Assembly (NCBI GenBank): GCA_951406725.2
Contig: OX597814.1
Coordinates: forward strand, 121,954,001 to 122,018,000
Length of the DNA: 64,000 nucleotides
Direction of reading: 5' to 3'
Origin: Octopus vulgaris
Lineage: Eukaryota
The notes under the pieces are model-generated. The model had not been told where the DNA came from and did not search any database. It saw only the letters and a program-made list of their open reading frames with translations. The first letter of the stretch is position 1; each line of letters opens with the position of its first letter. Shown here piece by piece: positions 27,221 through 41,071 of the stretch. A program made the translations under genes and the position numbers.

Positions 27221-27489
27221 TCTCTCTCTCGGTGCTGGGTTACAGGCTAAACAACCAAACAATAACATATTGAATATATTGATATAGAGAAAATATCAAA
27301 GAAAAATGTTTTGATACATGTCCCTGATCGTGTTGCAAACTATCTTTTTTTTCCCTATTTACTTTCTCTCTCTTTCGCTGTTCATCACTTCCCTCTCCCT
27401 TTCCGTCTACCTTTCCCTCTCTATCTGTTTCCCTTTTTCTTTCTTTCTCCCTTTTACTATATATTTCTTTCTTTCTTTCTTTCTTTCTG

Positions 27490-27536
<47 letters not shown>

Positions 27537-27638
27537 ATCTATCTATCTATCTATATGTCTGTCTGTCTATCTATCTAATCTAATCTATCTATTTATCGAT
27601 CTATCTATCTTTCTTTCAATCTCTCTCTCTCTTTCTCC

Positions 27639-27669
<31 letters not shown>

Positions 27670-27790
27670 CCTTATTCTTTATGTTTTCCTATTTATGTAA
27701 ATATAAGTGTATCATAAAATACGTGTTTACATTTCAAAATGCTATGCAAACTTTTCTATCATTGACTTTGTGTTCTACACCCTAACACAT

Positions 27791-27840
<50 letters not shown>

Positions 27841-27943
27841 ACACACACACTCACTCATAGGTGTATATCATATTTTATACTTGTGTGGATTTAAGTGTTT
27901 TATTTTCTATCATTATTCATGCGTTTTATCTTTATCTATTAAT

Positions 27944-27984
<41 letters not shown>

Positions 27985-28060
27985 ATGATGTATTTTATAT
28001 ATTTATGTGTGTATGTATGTGTATATACATACATATGTACACATACATACATACATACTC

Positions 28061-28124
<64 letters not shown>

Positions 28125-29561
28125 ATATATATATATATATATATATCGGTCTAACTTCAAATAAATATTTCTTTCATTTGGTCTTACATCACCATTTCTC
28201 CCTCGCGTTCTTTTTCTTATTTACTTTTCCTTTTCTATAATATTTTAACACATGCACACTCACATACATTACATACACACATATGTTTACACACATAATG
28301 TAATTATATATAAACACAGTTATAAATGTCTCCCTTTATATATTGTATATACATATGATTGTGTATTTGTGTATTTGAATATTTAGATTCTACGCTTGGA
28401 CAAACACACAATATATTCATTCACTGAACATACAATATTCAAATGCTGCAATATTGTTAATATTTCTCATTTTCTCGTTCCATCTTTCTATTTCTTTCTT
28501 TTTCTCTTCACCCATTCCCTTCCTCTTTCTCTTTCTGTTTCTTTCATCTTTCACTCTTTCCTCTCCTGCTATTACGTGTTGTTTTTACACCTGAAGTAAT
28601 TGAATTAATTTCAGTGTGTCAGGAAATTATTTGATTAAACATCAGCGTTTATTTAATATGACATGTGATGGAGAATTTTTAATATTATATTTTTACTCAA
28701 TTCACTTCCCCTCAATGTGTGTGTGTGGGGGAACTAAACTTGAAAGTGTTTAAAGAAAAAAAGAACAAGAATACAAATAATATAATTTAAAATAAAATAC
28801 TTAACTATTGATGGTAAAAAATTAACAAAAAACAATTCGTGGAAAATATATATTATAACCATGTATAAATAATTTCTACATAAATTGTGAGAGCGTATTG
28901 CAATGTAATCTAGATCAACACGGAGAATGGTGTGTTATGCAAATGCAGCAGTGTTGTAGACATATAAGATTGTGCACATAACATTCTGCATGATATTGTT
29001 GTTAACACATGATAAGGCTGTTACCACCACTGATAGCATTGTTCCTGCTGCCATCGCTGTCTAAGAACGACAGTACTATAACCAACATGAGTTGGTAAAA
29101 GAAGGAGAACAATTGAATATTCATGGCGAGAATTCTTGTAAATAGCAGCAGTAACAATAAGTGAATGTATGCTTGGTGCTGCCTCTTCGAACGACTACTG
29201 ACAAAAAGCCAATTTCTAATATAATTTCTATAGATTATCTCCCTTGAACGAACAGGAGACCCACTTGTTTCATACAACTAAATCAGAGCTAAGAATTACT
29301 AATCAGGGTTTCGCATTATACTGTATTATACTAATTTAGGTTAATTGCTTCCTTCCCAGTTCTTTGTCTTGGTCGGTACATATTTGGTACATACATCTAA
29401 TGTGTTTCATCAAGAGGAGGTGATGTATTCTTAATTTGCAGACGTAATTTAGTTGTAATTTTGAAGCCAATTATTTCATAAATTACACATGCACCCGCTG
29501 CCCATATGTGTGTGTGTTTGTGTGTACGTATGTATGGTTGTGTATGTCAGTGCATGTGTAC

Positions 29562-29643
<82 letters not shown>

Positions 29644-30569
29644 TTAAGAGAGAATGAGAAAGAAAGAGTCAGACTAAGTCTGTGCAATGCGTGAATGTAT
29701 GTAATTAAATAGTCATAAACGCATCTATAATTAGTTTATTTAATCGATTCCGTATTGTTTATTATTTTAACAGAATTGATTACATGAACAAATTACGGCA
29801 CTGATTCAATAATGATTTCTCTATGAAGATTTAGAATGTTTATAGCATTCTGTGGAAAAACAACTTTACAATGCGAATTCATTAAACTATTGATATATTG
29901 TGTCTATGTTTTGCGTCATATAAACTAGTTCATCGCACTTCTATTATAAACTAATATACTATTCTCCACTTGTGTCTTTTCATATTTTGCACCGTTCTGT
30001 TTCTATCTTTCTATTTTCCAGTCCTCGTTTTCTACCGCATTCTGACAAAAATATAGATATCCTCATATTCGATTCGAACAAAGAGGTTTGTATCGAAGCT
30101 CAATTCTATGGCTCCATAGTGATAATAAATTGGAGATATTTTATAAACGATTCAGTAATACAGCAATTATACTGTACTGAAAATCAACAATCAACATTGT
30201 CTACTGTGTTTATTCTATATGTTCTCACTGAGGCAATGTATGTACTACCTTTTATATTCTTCAGTGGCTCTAGTGTCGTCATATGAGAATAATACAGTCA
30301 TATAGCAGCAAGCAGCCTCAGATTTTCGGTCCTCCAGTGCAGTAAATACAGTTCGGTTTTGAAATACTGAAAAATTCAGTTCAAGAGTAGTAACATATTT
30401 GTGTTTACAGCAGTAGAAGATATTCATAGGCGCATGAGTGACTATGTGGTAAGTAGCTGGCTCAACAGCCACGTGGGCAAATGTCTTCTACTATAGCCTC
30501 AGGCCGACCAAAGCCTTGTGAGTGGTTTTGGTATAAGGAAACTGAAAGAAGACCGTCGTATAAATAAAT

Positions 30570-30617
<48 letters not shown>

Positions 30618-30715
30618 TATATAGAAGGAGCTCCTTCTATATAATAAATTAATTTTACTCTGCTATGTCTTGAGTACCTTACTTACTGTGGTTAACCCCG
30701 AATCAACCCGGGACC

Positions 30716-30761
<46 letters not shown>

Positions 30762-31194
30762 ATTTTTTATTTGCCCTGTTCGTGTGAGCTAACAATCGTA
30801 CCGACTTTCATGGGAAACATATATTTTTGTGGTTGAAACCTTTTGGATTAACTAGTGCTAGAGTGAGCCATATAGTGACCACTCTCTTATATTTATTTTG
30901 TAAAAATATTATAATATATTATAAAATATTATAATAATCCAGGTTTCTCGGAGCACTGGGCCACTTGGTGTTGAATAGATATACTATTAAATTAGTATCT
31001 AATTCTCTCACCCTTATTAATTAATTATAATTATGCTACATATTTCTAAATGTGGTATTTGTTTTCCGTGAGAGTTTGGCGCGATGTTAGTAGGGGCATT
31101 TGAATTATAACGTCGGATGTAATCAATTGAACCACACGTGTATTTATCGTTATGGTAAAATCTGGCGTGTGATTGAGTGGATTTCATCCAGATA

Positions 31195-31278
31195 GTTTTG
31201 GCTGAGGAGCTACAAGTGGATCTTTTTGTAAGTAAAATTACATTTAATTCATTAATAGCGAAACAATTGTCCCAAAAT
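31195..31278 (+). ncRNA. Type I hammerhead ribozyme (copy 1 of the 533-bp unit)
   Basis: Stem I GTTTTGG/CCAAAAT, core CTGAGGA (31202-31208), stem II GCTA..TAGC, GAAA, palindromic stem III C-AATT-G, GTC cleavage triplet (cut after 31271). Confidence 0.85.
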
Positions 31279-31727
31279 AATCTGTATTTTTGTTATTTTT
31301 TATTTGCCCTGTTCGTGTGAGCTAACAATCGTACCGACTTTCATGGGAAACATATATTTTTGTGGTTGAAACCTTTTGGATTAACTAGTGCTAGAGTGAG
31401 CCATATAGTGACCACTCTCTTATATTTATTTTGTAAAAATATTATAATATATTATAAAATATTATAATAATCCAGGTTTCTCGGAGCACTGGGCCACTTG
31501 GTGTTGAATAGATATACTATTAAATTAGTATCTAATTCTCTCACCCTTATTAATTAATTATAATTATGCTACATATTTCTAAATGTGGTATTTGTTTTCC
31601 GTGAGAGTTTGGCGCGATGTTAGTAGGGGCATTTGAATTATAACGTCGGATGTAATCAATTGAACCACACGTGTATTTATCGTTATGGTAAAATCTGGCG
31701 TGTGATTGAGTGGATTTCATCCAGATA

Positions 31728-31811
31728 GTTTTGGCTGAGGAGCTACAAGTGGATCTTTTTGTAAGTAAAATTACATTTAATTCATTAATAGCGAAACAAT
31801 TGTCCCAAAAT
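31728..31811 (+). ncRNA. Type I hammerhead ribozyme (copy 2 of the 533-bp unit)
   Basis: Same sequence as copy 1 shifted by 533 bp. CTGAGGA at 31735, GTC at 31802-31804. Confidence 0.85.
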
Positions 31812-32086
31812 AATCTGTATTTTTGTTATTTTTTATTTGCCCTGTTCGTGTGAGCTAACAATCGTACCGACTTTCATGGGAAACATATATTTTTGTGGTT
31901 GAAACCTTTTGGATTAACTAGTGCTAGAGTGAGCCATATAGTGACCACTCTCTTATATTTATTTTGTAAAAATATTATAATATATTATAAAATATTATAA
32001 TAATCCAGGTTTCTCGGAGCACTGGGCCACTTGGTGTTGAATAGATATACTATTAAATTAGTATCTAATTCTCTCACCCTTATTAA

Positions 32087-32174
<88 letters not shown>

Positions 32175-32642
32175 ATGTGTGTATATATGTTTGTGTGTCG
32201 GTGTTTGTCCTTTATCATCGCTTGACAACCGATGCTGGTGTGTTTACGTCCCCGCAACTTAGCGGTTCGGCAAAAGAAAACGATTAATATGTACTAGGCT
32301 TGCAAAGAATAAGTCCTGGGATCGATTTGCTTGACTAAAGGCGATGCTCCAGCATGGCCGCAGTCAAATGACTGAAACAAGTAAGATAAAATAATATACA
32401 CACAACTGTATGTATGTATGTATGTATGTACGTATGTATGTATGTATGTATGTATGTATGTATGTATGTATGTATGTATGTGTGTGTGTGTATGTATGCA
32501 TGTATGTATGCATGTATGTATGTATGTTTATGTATGGTGTATGGTTAGATGCATGCATGCCTAAAATATAACCCCATAATATAAATAGGTTTGTAGCTCA
32601 TAACTTACTAAATATTTGTTCTTTTCCTTTTGGATATAAATA

Positions 32643-32826
32643 ATGGAGGAAATGCGAATACGCTTAGAAGAAAGGAAATTTATCCTGGGGACCTACTTTA
32701 GAAGATCGTTTTAAGTGCGAGAGTAAAGCTAAAGTGCAAAAGTATTTTAGAAAGGAGATTCAAATAGAATTACCGACACGACTAACAATTACTTGCATGA
32801 TTAATAATTTTGAAGCGCAACGAACA
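32643..32826 (+). pseudogene. Frameshifted N-terminal HTH of a Tc1/mariner-superfamily transposase (DUF4817-like)
   Basis: Reads MEEMRIRLEERKFILGTY / CESKAKVQKYFRKEIQIELPTRLTITCMINNFEAQ, similar from recall to EER.FI..Y..VQR.FR.EF..PPTRLTI.RI.DKFE. Confidence 0.55.
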
Positions 32827-33495
32827 CTTCAAGAACTCCAAAGTACCTTTCTGGAGAGCCGTAGAGGTGTATGAGCTCCATAAATCTCTAGGGAAATCAA
32901 TTTGGTAAACGGTTGGTGAGTGAAATGAAAATCGACCGTTTATCGACGTTTGAAACCTGCTCATTGATGATGTTATATTTCAACATTTGCCCTGCTTGTC
33001 GTCAGTGAAAATAATCCCGATCGATGTTTTGAATTTTGTAAATCGTACAAAGTAAACTGTACAGACAAGAGGGTGTTTTTAAACAAGATTTGTCGACGTG
33101 TTGAGAAGCGTTTAACGTGAATCCCTTTGTCAATAAGCACAAGTGCAGCTACTGGCAATAAACAATCCGCGTGTTACGAAGAAACAATAAGCCAAATTAC
33201 CAAGGGTTGCAGCTTAATTGAATTGACAAAGTTAGGATTAATTGCATCCTTTTTATTTGAGCTTGCTGCAGATATGTATCATACCATTCAATCAAGAACT
33301 GTTTCGAGAAGAAAACACATATTTATAGGAAAATGGAGGATCACACCTTCTCTACTATTTTTCAAGTGAGAGACTATCTTGATTAAAATTCATAGAGCAG
33401 ATGGATGAGGCGAACAGGTAGCATTAAATGCATTAAGTATTAAGGTATGTAGAAGGATACCTGAGAGAGTGAGAGAGAGAGAGATAGAGAGAGAG

Positions 33496-33531
<36 letters not shown>

Positions 33532-33962
33532 TGTGTCTGTGCCTGTGTCTGTGCCTGTGTCTGTGTGCGCGTGCATGTGCGTGTGTATGTACGTGAATCT
33601 ATATGCATCTCTCTGTGATATTTTGTTCAAAGTGAAGTGGGGATCAATAAGATAAGAGAAGCGTTGAGTGTGCGGTTTAGAAAATTTCATCTCAAAATCT
33701 ACACGTGATTAGCTCTTTGCTTATCATCTCACGTAGCAATGTGATATCTCGTGGAAAGTAACTCAAGTCGTTAACAATTTCATGAAGATCACCTGGTAAA
33801 TGACTGATATGCTTATCAGTACATTTGGCTATTCAGGCATCTAGTTTTTTTCTCATTTTATTTTTAGATACGTGTTCCTATAGGATGAGCTATTTTAAAT
33901 TTTGGTGAAAGATTTATAATGTATTTCCATACGTTACTTTCGGTCAATTTCCACTATTTCTC

Positions 33963-34333
33963 ACAGAGGATATGACTGTGTGGTAAGTAGCTTGCTTACC
34001 AACCACATGGTTCCGGGTTCAGTCCCACTGTGTGGCACCTTGGGCAAGTGTCTTCTACTATAGCCTCGGGCCGACCAAAGCCTTGTGAGTGGATTTAGTA
34101 GACGGAAACTGAAAGAAGCCCATCGTATATATGTATGTGTGAGTGTATGTCTGTGTGTCTGTGTTTGTTCCCCCCAACATCGCTTGACAACCGATACTGG
34201 TGTGTTTACTTCCCTGTAACTTAGCGGTTGGGCAAAAGAGGCCGATAGAATGAGTACTAGGATTACAAAGAATAAGTCCAGGGGTCGATTCCTTCGACTA
34301 AAGGTTAAATGACTGAAACAAGTAAAAGAGTAA
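33963..34333 (+). mobile_element. SINE family A copy
   Basis: tRNA-like head, shared body, tail AAATGACTGAAACAAGTAAAAGAGTAA. Confidence 0.85.
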
Positions 34334-34370
34334 TCTTGTACCATGGAAATTATAGTAACATGAGAATTCT

Positions 34371-34588
34371 TTTATTTCTTTATAGCCCACAAGGGGCTAA
34401 ATATAGTGGGGACAAACAAGGACAGACAAAGGGATTAAGTCGATTCCATCGACCCCAGTGAGTAACTGATACTTAATTTATCGACGCCAAAAGGGTAAAA
34501 GGCAAAGTCGACCTCGGCGGAATTTGAACTCAGAAAGTAACGGCAGATGAAATAACGTAAGCATTTCGCACGGCGTGCTAACGTTTCT
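34371..34588 (-). mobile_element. SINE family C (Nin/Deu-type core)
   Basis: Minus strand has B-box GAGTTCAAATTCC and core GCCGAGGTCGACTTTGCCTTTT..GTCGATAAATTAAGTATCAG. It ends TAGCCCCTTGTGGGCTATAAAGAAATA. Confidence 0.75.
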
Positions 34589-35422
34589 TATTGGGATTTT
34601 ATACTTCCATGCTATGTTAAGCCAATCTCGTGAAAATGGTATATAAAGTCGAATGCGTAGATATATCTCCCTCTTTATATAAATACATGCATTATTATAT
34701 CATTTGATGTAAGGGATCCTACCATGTACCTATACACGTTTTCATAATCGAACATGAAGTCATAGTTTAACTCACCTCTTCTGATGTAACGAAACTCCGC
34801 TGCTCCTGCAGCTAACTTCTCCTCCAAATTCACAGACCCAACAATCCCGATTGGTCTACCATCTTTGCCCGTACTTCTCTCGCTGAATTCCTATCCACAT
34901 AAATCAACAAAATGCTGCGAGCTCTTATCTTTGTCTTACTTACACTTGTGAAAAATACCAACAATACTCTGTCAATGCTCTAATAATCAAACAGCTTCAT
35001 CGTGATCAACTGTTCATTACATCATAGCAGATTCATCTTTAAGTAATATTATTGACAACACCTTCCATCATGATCACATGAAGATTCACAGCAAATAATT
35101 CCCTTTCCTTGTCTTTTATTAGCCTATTCTTCTTGATTTCGTTTCCCCTTCATCATCGTTCTTATTATTTCTCCCTAGCTAACAGACCTTCCTACCTCTT
35201 ACTGACCATATATTAATATTTCCTTCTCTTATCCCTCTTATTTTCTCTCCACCTTTTCTTCGGGCAAATTTTCTTGCACACTCTCCCTTACCCGATCTTC
35301 TCTTGTCAGTTCTTTCATTCCGGGTGTGTGCAAGTAAACAACTACTACTTCTGTCTCCTACTTCCTATATTTTTTCACCATCTAATATCTCCATTTCAAG
35401 AAATAACACCCCAAAAATTTTA

Positions 35423-35457
35423 TTTTCCGAAGAAGTATTTCATTCGAAACGTCAGAA
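35423..35457 (+). ncRNA. Decayed hammerhead relic
   Basis: TTTT-CCGAAGA-..-CGAAAC-GTC-AGAA. Core U4 changed to C, weak stem II. Confidence 0.35.
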
Positions 35458-35722
35458 CCTTCACAACGGAAATAATTTTATTAGTTTGCCAATAAATATA
35501 ATTGTAACGAAGCAGCTCAACCATAGTCTTCTGCTAATCTCTTTTAATCCTATTATATATTTATATATATATACGATGACTCGCGCGCGCTTTTCGCCTG
35601 ATGAGTTCGCATAATGTCTATACTGTATTAATCCAGATAGGTTTACTTAAATCATCTAAATGTAACTTTAGATCTCATGTTATGTCAATAATAACCAAAA
35701 GGACTCATTTTGTTATTACCAA

Positions 35723-35765
<43 letters not shown>

Positions 35766-36331
35766 TGATTTATTTGTTTTATCATTAATTTTCTTGTATA
35801 TATCTATCGGAGATCCATTAATCTAATTCGACGACCTCTTTATTAATATCGCTTATTCATACAGATAGTATCGCATACTCACATTTTCACATATCACTTA
35901 CCTGCACTTACCTCTCTGTTTATATATGTATATATATGTATGTGTGTGTGTGTGTGTATAAGTGTGTGTCTATGTCTATGTCAGTGTCAGTGTATGTGTG
36001 TGTGTATATATATGTATATACCTATAAACACATCAGATACCATTCATCTTACCTGATAAAATAGTGAAGCAAATTTGATAACTGAAACCTCTACTTGTTA
36101 TTTACAGATACGTACGATAATTAAAGTAAATATATAAATAATAAGAAGGTATTTGAATATGTATAGAGTTTGTGAAATTTATGAGTGATGATGAATAAAG
36201 CTGAACTGACTAAGGCAAAGTAAATATTGCTTATTCTAGATTGTATTTGGATATACGAGATGATAAATAATGATTATGAATTCGTTCCGCGAAATTACAA
36301 GTAGGTATCAGAGACAAATTCTACACTACTG

Positions 36332-36371
<40 letters not shown>

Positions 36372-36391
36372 CATGAGTGTGAGTGGTTTGA

Positions 36392-36434
<43 letters not shown>

Positions 36435-36493
36435 CATGTGTATGTGTATGTGTGAATGCTTGTATAGGGAGAAGGAGAGAAATACACAGACTT

Positions 36494-36564
<71 letters not shown>

Positions 36565-36581
36565 TATAGATAGATAGATAA

Positions 36582-36679
<98 letters not shown>

Positions 36680-38598
36680 TACCTGCCCGAAACAAAATGA
36701 GTCATCATTTCTTATTGAATGTGGAATGATTTTTACCATGGCAGCAATAGTTTATTTCAAGTACGAAGAACACGAAATCATATTGAATTAATCCTAATAT
36801 ATTTCAAAGGCCAGGTATCCTACCACATGTGATATTTATTGCGTTGTATGGTAGAATTTGAACTAAAGGTATTCTGTTAAATAAGGGCATGTTTCACTCA
36901 CTCCATGATATGTCTTATCTTACACTGCCGAAGCTCCTTACAACTTTGATTTTGCTACAGTTCGAAACAGCGAAAGCTCAGCTTATCATTTGGAAGCCGT
37001 TTTTTGAAATTAGTTAGTGAGTGACATAGCTCATGGCTTTTGCTTACTCTGCCTGATCGCCAAGCGATTGATAACATTAAATTTCAGTTTATATTTATTC
37101 ATTTCTTTGTTATTTATAAATATTAAGGTCACTAGAATGAAGTCCACTATATACGCTTAAATATGTGGTACAGATGTTAAACTAGCTGTGGATTATGTCT
37201 AGCACGTGAGATGCAAACTCATGATGTAACATGACTTTGCAATCATCCACTTCTCACACAGCCCTTGCATTCTGCATACTTTCATCTCCGATAAAAATAT
37301 CAATAGAGTTGATAAGATATATTTTTATAATCTAATAAGACTAAAACAATTTAATCCTAAATTTAATCCTAAATGCCGGGTAAAACTAACAAGTATAGAA
37401 AACTTCCATATTATTCCTTTTTTCCTTTAACCCGGAAATTCATGGCCCGAAAGATTCCGTGTGTAATATCTATTTCTGTTTTACTAAGAGGGTAAATTGC
37501 TTACCGCCTTAGTAGAGTTAAATGGCTTCTTATCTACGCAGTAGTTTTACAGGGAATTACGAGTAATTTAACCCAGTGTCTGTGCCACTTAGTTGGATAT
37601 TCGTACGAAGAACAAAACCGACGCCAAGGAACAATACTTAAACCCTGTAATCATAAACCACGAATCAAATTTAACAGGTTTATTCCTTAAGTACAAAGGC
37701 ATTTCTTTCGTGAAATTCAAAGCTGAGTGTAAGGGACATCTTGTATTCATCGGACATTTCATAAACACATTATCACAATAAAGGTTATGATAGCAATTGG
37801 ATAGAGAAGAGACACTGCATGATTATGTTGCTGTATGGTCTTGGCTGAAGCAGAGCCGGCTGTAAAATATTGCTTAGGGTCATATTGTCCAGCTTAATCA
37901 TAAGCAGTAAATCTCTGATAAAGTAATTAAATGTTAATATAATTTCAATAACTCCACTATATTACCATTTTCATTATATTATATTGTTATGAATACAAAT
38001 AGTATTAATTTCCAAATTTGAAACAATGCCACATACTTTGAGGCAGTGATCACGATTAGCTTGACTTCCAGTATTTATATTAGCGAGATATGAAGGACAA
38101 ATTGAATGTCGACTCTCACACGATTTCAACTCAGTGTTGTAAAATAACTGATAGAGACTTACTTTCCTTTGCCACATTCCTACGCTATGGTTTAAGAATA
38201 ATGTTGACTGTGTCTGATACGAGATCTCCTTACAACTGTGCCTGTCTGTATTTTGTGTAAAATCTCTCTCAAAATCCGTGGGGAAATATTTCAAATCGAA
38301 ATGGTCAGGTGCATTTTATGCTGCCGCTTTTACATTCAATTAATTCTAATATCTTCTCAAATATTCATTGAATCACACAGATCCTCGGTATGTCAATGAT
38401 TTAGATGTAATTGCGTTATTTGTTCACAACATTTATAGCATTCGGGAGCCAGCGACGAAGATTCCATGTGAACGCTCAACTTCTTTTACATATATCAGCC
38501 ACTCACGTTCAACTAACAGCCTACAGTTTTCAAAACAGAAGTTTACGTTGAATAATATGACTCTCGATGTATACTTCCGACAAAAAAAAAAAAGGCAT

Positions 38599-38631
38599 GT
38601 TCATCGGTTTCGACGCTTTTCATCAGAGAAC
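38599..38631 (-). ncRNA. Decayed hammerhead relic (non-cleavable triplet)
   Basis: Minus strand reads GTTCT-CTGATGA-AAAGCGTC-GAAAC-CG-ATG-AAC. The NUH triplet has become ATG. Confidence 0.35.
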
Positions 38632-39231
38632 TTCTTACTCAAGCGACAGCAACAGCAACAATTCACAGCTATATAGCCACTCCTGAACTCATATGGCCAT
38701 CCATAAAATAAATCTTATTTACGACGTCTTGGAGTTGATACTTCCAAGTGCAAATACAAACTCAATCGAGATACACACAGATATAATATTGTCAGAACTG
38801 CATTCTTTTATAGATGAGAAAAATACGCTAATTTTCATTAACTTTTGAACATCTCAAAAGCAAAAGTGCAACACATTTTGAAGGGCGGCTCACATTACAG
38901 GGTTAGTAAGACGTTGCGGGTGTTAAAACAAACACGATCGTTCTAGACGAAACAGAAAAAACAAAATGTCATCTATTTGGCTAAGATTCACTCTCTAATA
39001 CAATAAAACCCCATAATCACATGTATGCTGTGACTCACTCTTTTTCTCTCCGTTTCTCTTTCTTTCTTTCTCTCTTTCACCCTTCCCTTCACTTTCTCTC
39101 TCTGATAGCTAAATACATATCTTTGCCAAAGTTTTTCATGAAGCGCCAAACTCCAGCTGCATTTTGGATGCACTTCCACTCATTTATACGCAAAACGCAC
39201 GCCTCTTGCACACACATATATACACACTCAA

Positions 39232-39270
<39 letters not shown>

Positions 39271-39281
39271 CATATACACAT

Positions 39282-39356
<75 letters not shown>

Positions 39357-40151
39357 CTATATATACATATATATATATATGTATGTATATGTATGTATAT
39401 CGATATCTATATCTGCATTCATATATATACCTAACTACGTAACTACCTGCCTACCTACATACTTACATACATACATACACACATACACACATACATACAT
39501 ACATACATACATACATACATACATACATACATACATACATACATACATACATACATACATACGTATCGACGCGTGATTTGCGCATCATATAATTTAATTT
39601 CACAAAAGTCTATTATAATACTGCCATTTCAGTTATAACATCAAGTGTATAGCTATATAGCCTTCTATAGAAATTACGTCTCCTGCAGATTTCGCATTAA
39701 ATTCTCTCTGCAGTTGTTATCTGTCAGTATTTTTGTTGTTGTTGGTTCTTTTCTTATTTGAATTCATGCTTACCAAATGCTATTGCACAAGCTGATTCAG
39801 GGAGAAGTGCTAAAGACATATGAAATGGTTTTCTTTTTCGTATTTGAGAGGTGTGATTTTCGAATGACAATACCAATAAAATTGTGTATAATGGTAAACC
39901 AAGAATGGAAATACTACAGTCTATAATTATTTCCTGCTCCTACTAAAATGGATTAAAACGTTATTATTTATAGAAAGCATTCGGTATATGTATATAGATG
40001 AGCATATATGCGTATGATTATATATGTATACGACACATACTTTTATAAATAGTTATATAATATATAAGCAGACAGACAGCTGGATAGCTAGCTAAATACC
40101 TAGATAGATAGATAGATAGATAGATAGATGGATAGATAAATAGATAGATAG

Positions 40152-40213
<62 letters not shown>

Positions 40214-41005
40214 GGAAAGTGTAGTTTCTATTTTCTTTTTGCAACATTTTTCTACCATATATATATATATACATATATTATGTAGGTAGGTAGGTAGGTA
40301 GGTCGGTAGTTTGGTAAGTAGCTAACACGTAATTGTCAAAGTAGAATTTACTTTTTAAGACTTCTTTGAATGTCTGCATCAGAGTTTTGCAGTTGTGAAT
40401 GAGTAGAATATTAAATACCTAATTTCGAATAGTCAACGATATTTCTAGTCTCCTTTGACCTTATCAACGCCATATTATGTGCTGCTGTGAGAAAATTGCC
40501 ACTAACGTTTACAATTAACAATGAACATTGCAGATTTTCATTTTATTCCCTTTCTTACTTAGGACTGAATGAATCTGGATTCAACAATTGCTTGACTTAA
40601 CAAGATAACAGACTTACATTGAATGTATCACACATGAACAGATAAGTTGCTTTGTAAATGGTTTTCATAATCACTTACAATGAGATTTTTGATACTTAAA
40701 ACTGACTCGAAAATTTATACATAAAGACGTAGGCTAATGGTCAGTACTTCAAAATCCTAGTTCACCGGACGAACTACAAATCATTCAATGAATCAATCTT
40801 TCATTCACCTGAGTTCTAAACACACAGCCTTCCAGTAAGCTTGTGACTCAATTTCCCAGTCGCTCCAGCACCCGCCATACAACATTCATATGAACTTGTG
40901 ATGACAACGTTAGTGGTGGGAAATTTATATGTCAAATTATGACGTAAAAAGGTTAAAACGCCTTATTTAAAAGCAAGCAAAAACTACCCATATATCTATC
41001 AATCA

Positions 41006-41071
<66 letters not shown>

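Larger units (their letters stand above)
30757..32095 (+). mobile_element. Retrozyme-like / Penelope pseudo-LTR tandem array: about 2.5 copies of a 533-bp non-coding unit, each full unit carrying a hammerhead ribozyme, flanked by (TA)n
   Basis: TTGCCCTGTTCG recurs at 30771, 31304 and 31837 (period 533). Copies look identical by eye. No ORF in the track. (TA)n on both sides. Confidence 0.85.
30429..32390 (+). mobile_element. SINE family A copy split in two (30429-30560 and about 32173-32390) by inserts in its internal (TA)n
   Basis: The 5' half ends GAAACTGAAAGAAGACCGTCGTA and the 3' half resumes GTGTTTGTCC..CGCTTGACAACCGATGCTGG, as in the intact copy 33963-34333. Confidence 0.8.

Noticed and set aside
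35598-35640. CTGATGAG motif (also at 25042 and 15691, and CTGAAGAG at 53697)
   Set aside because: No correctly placed downstream GAAA and NUH.
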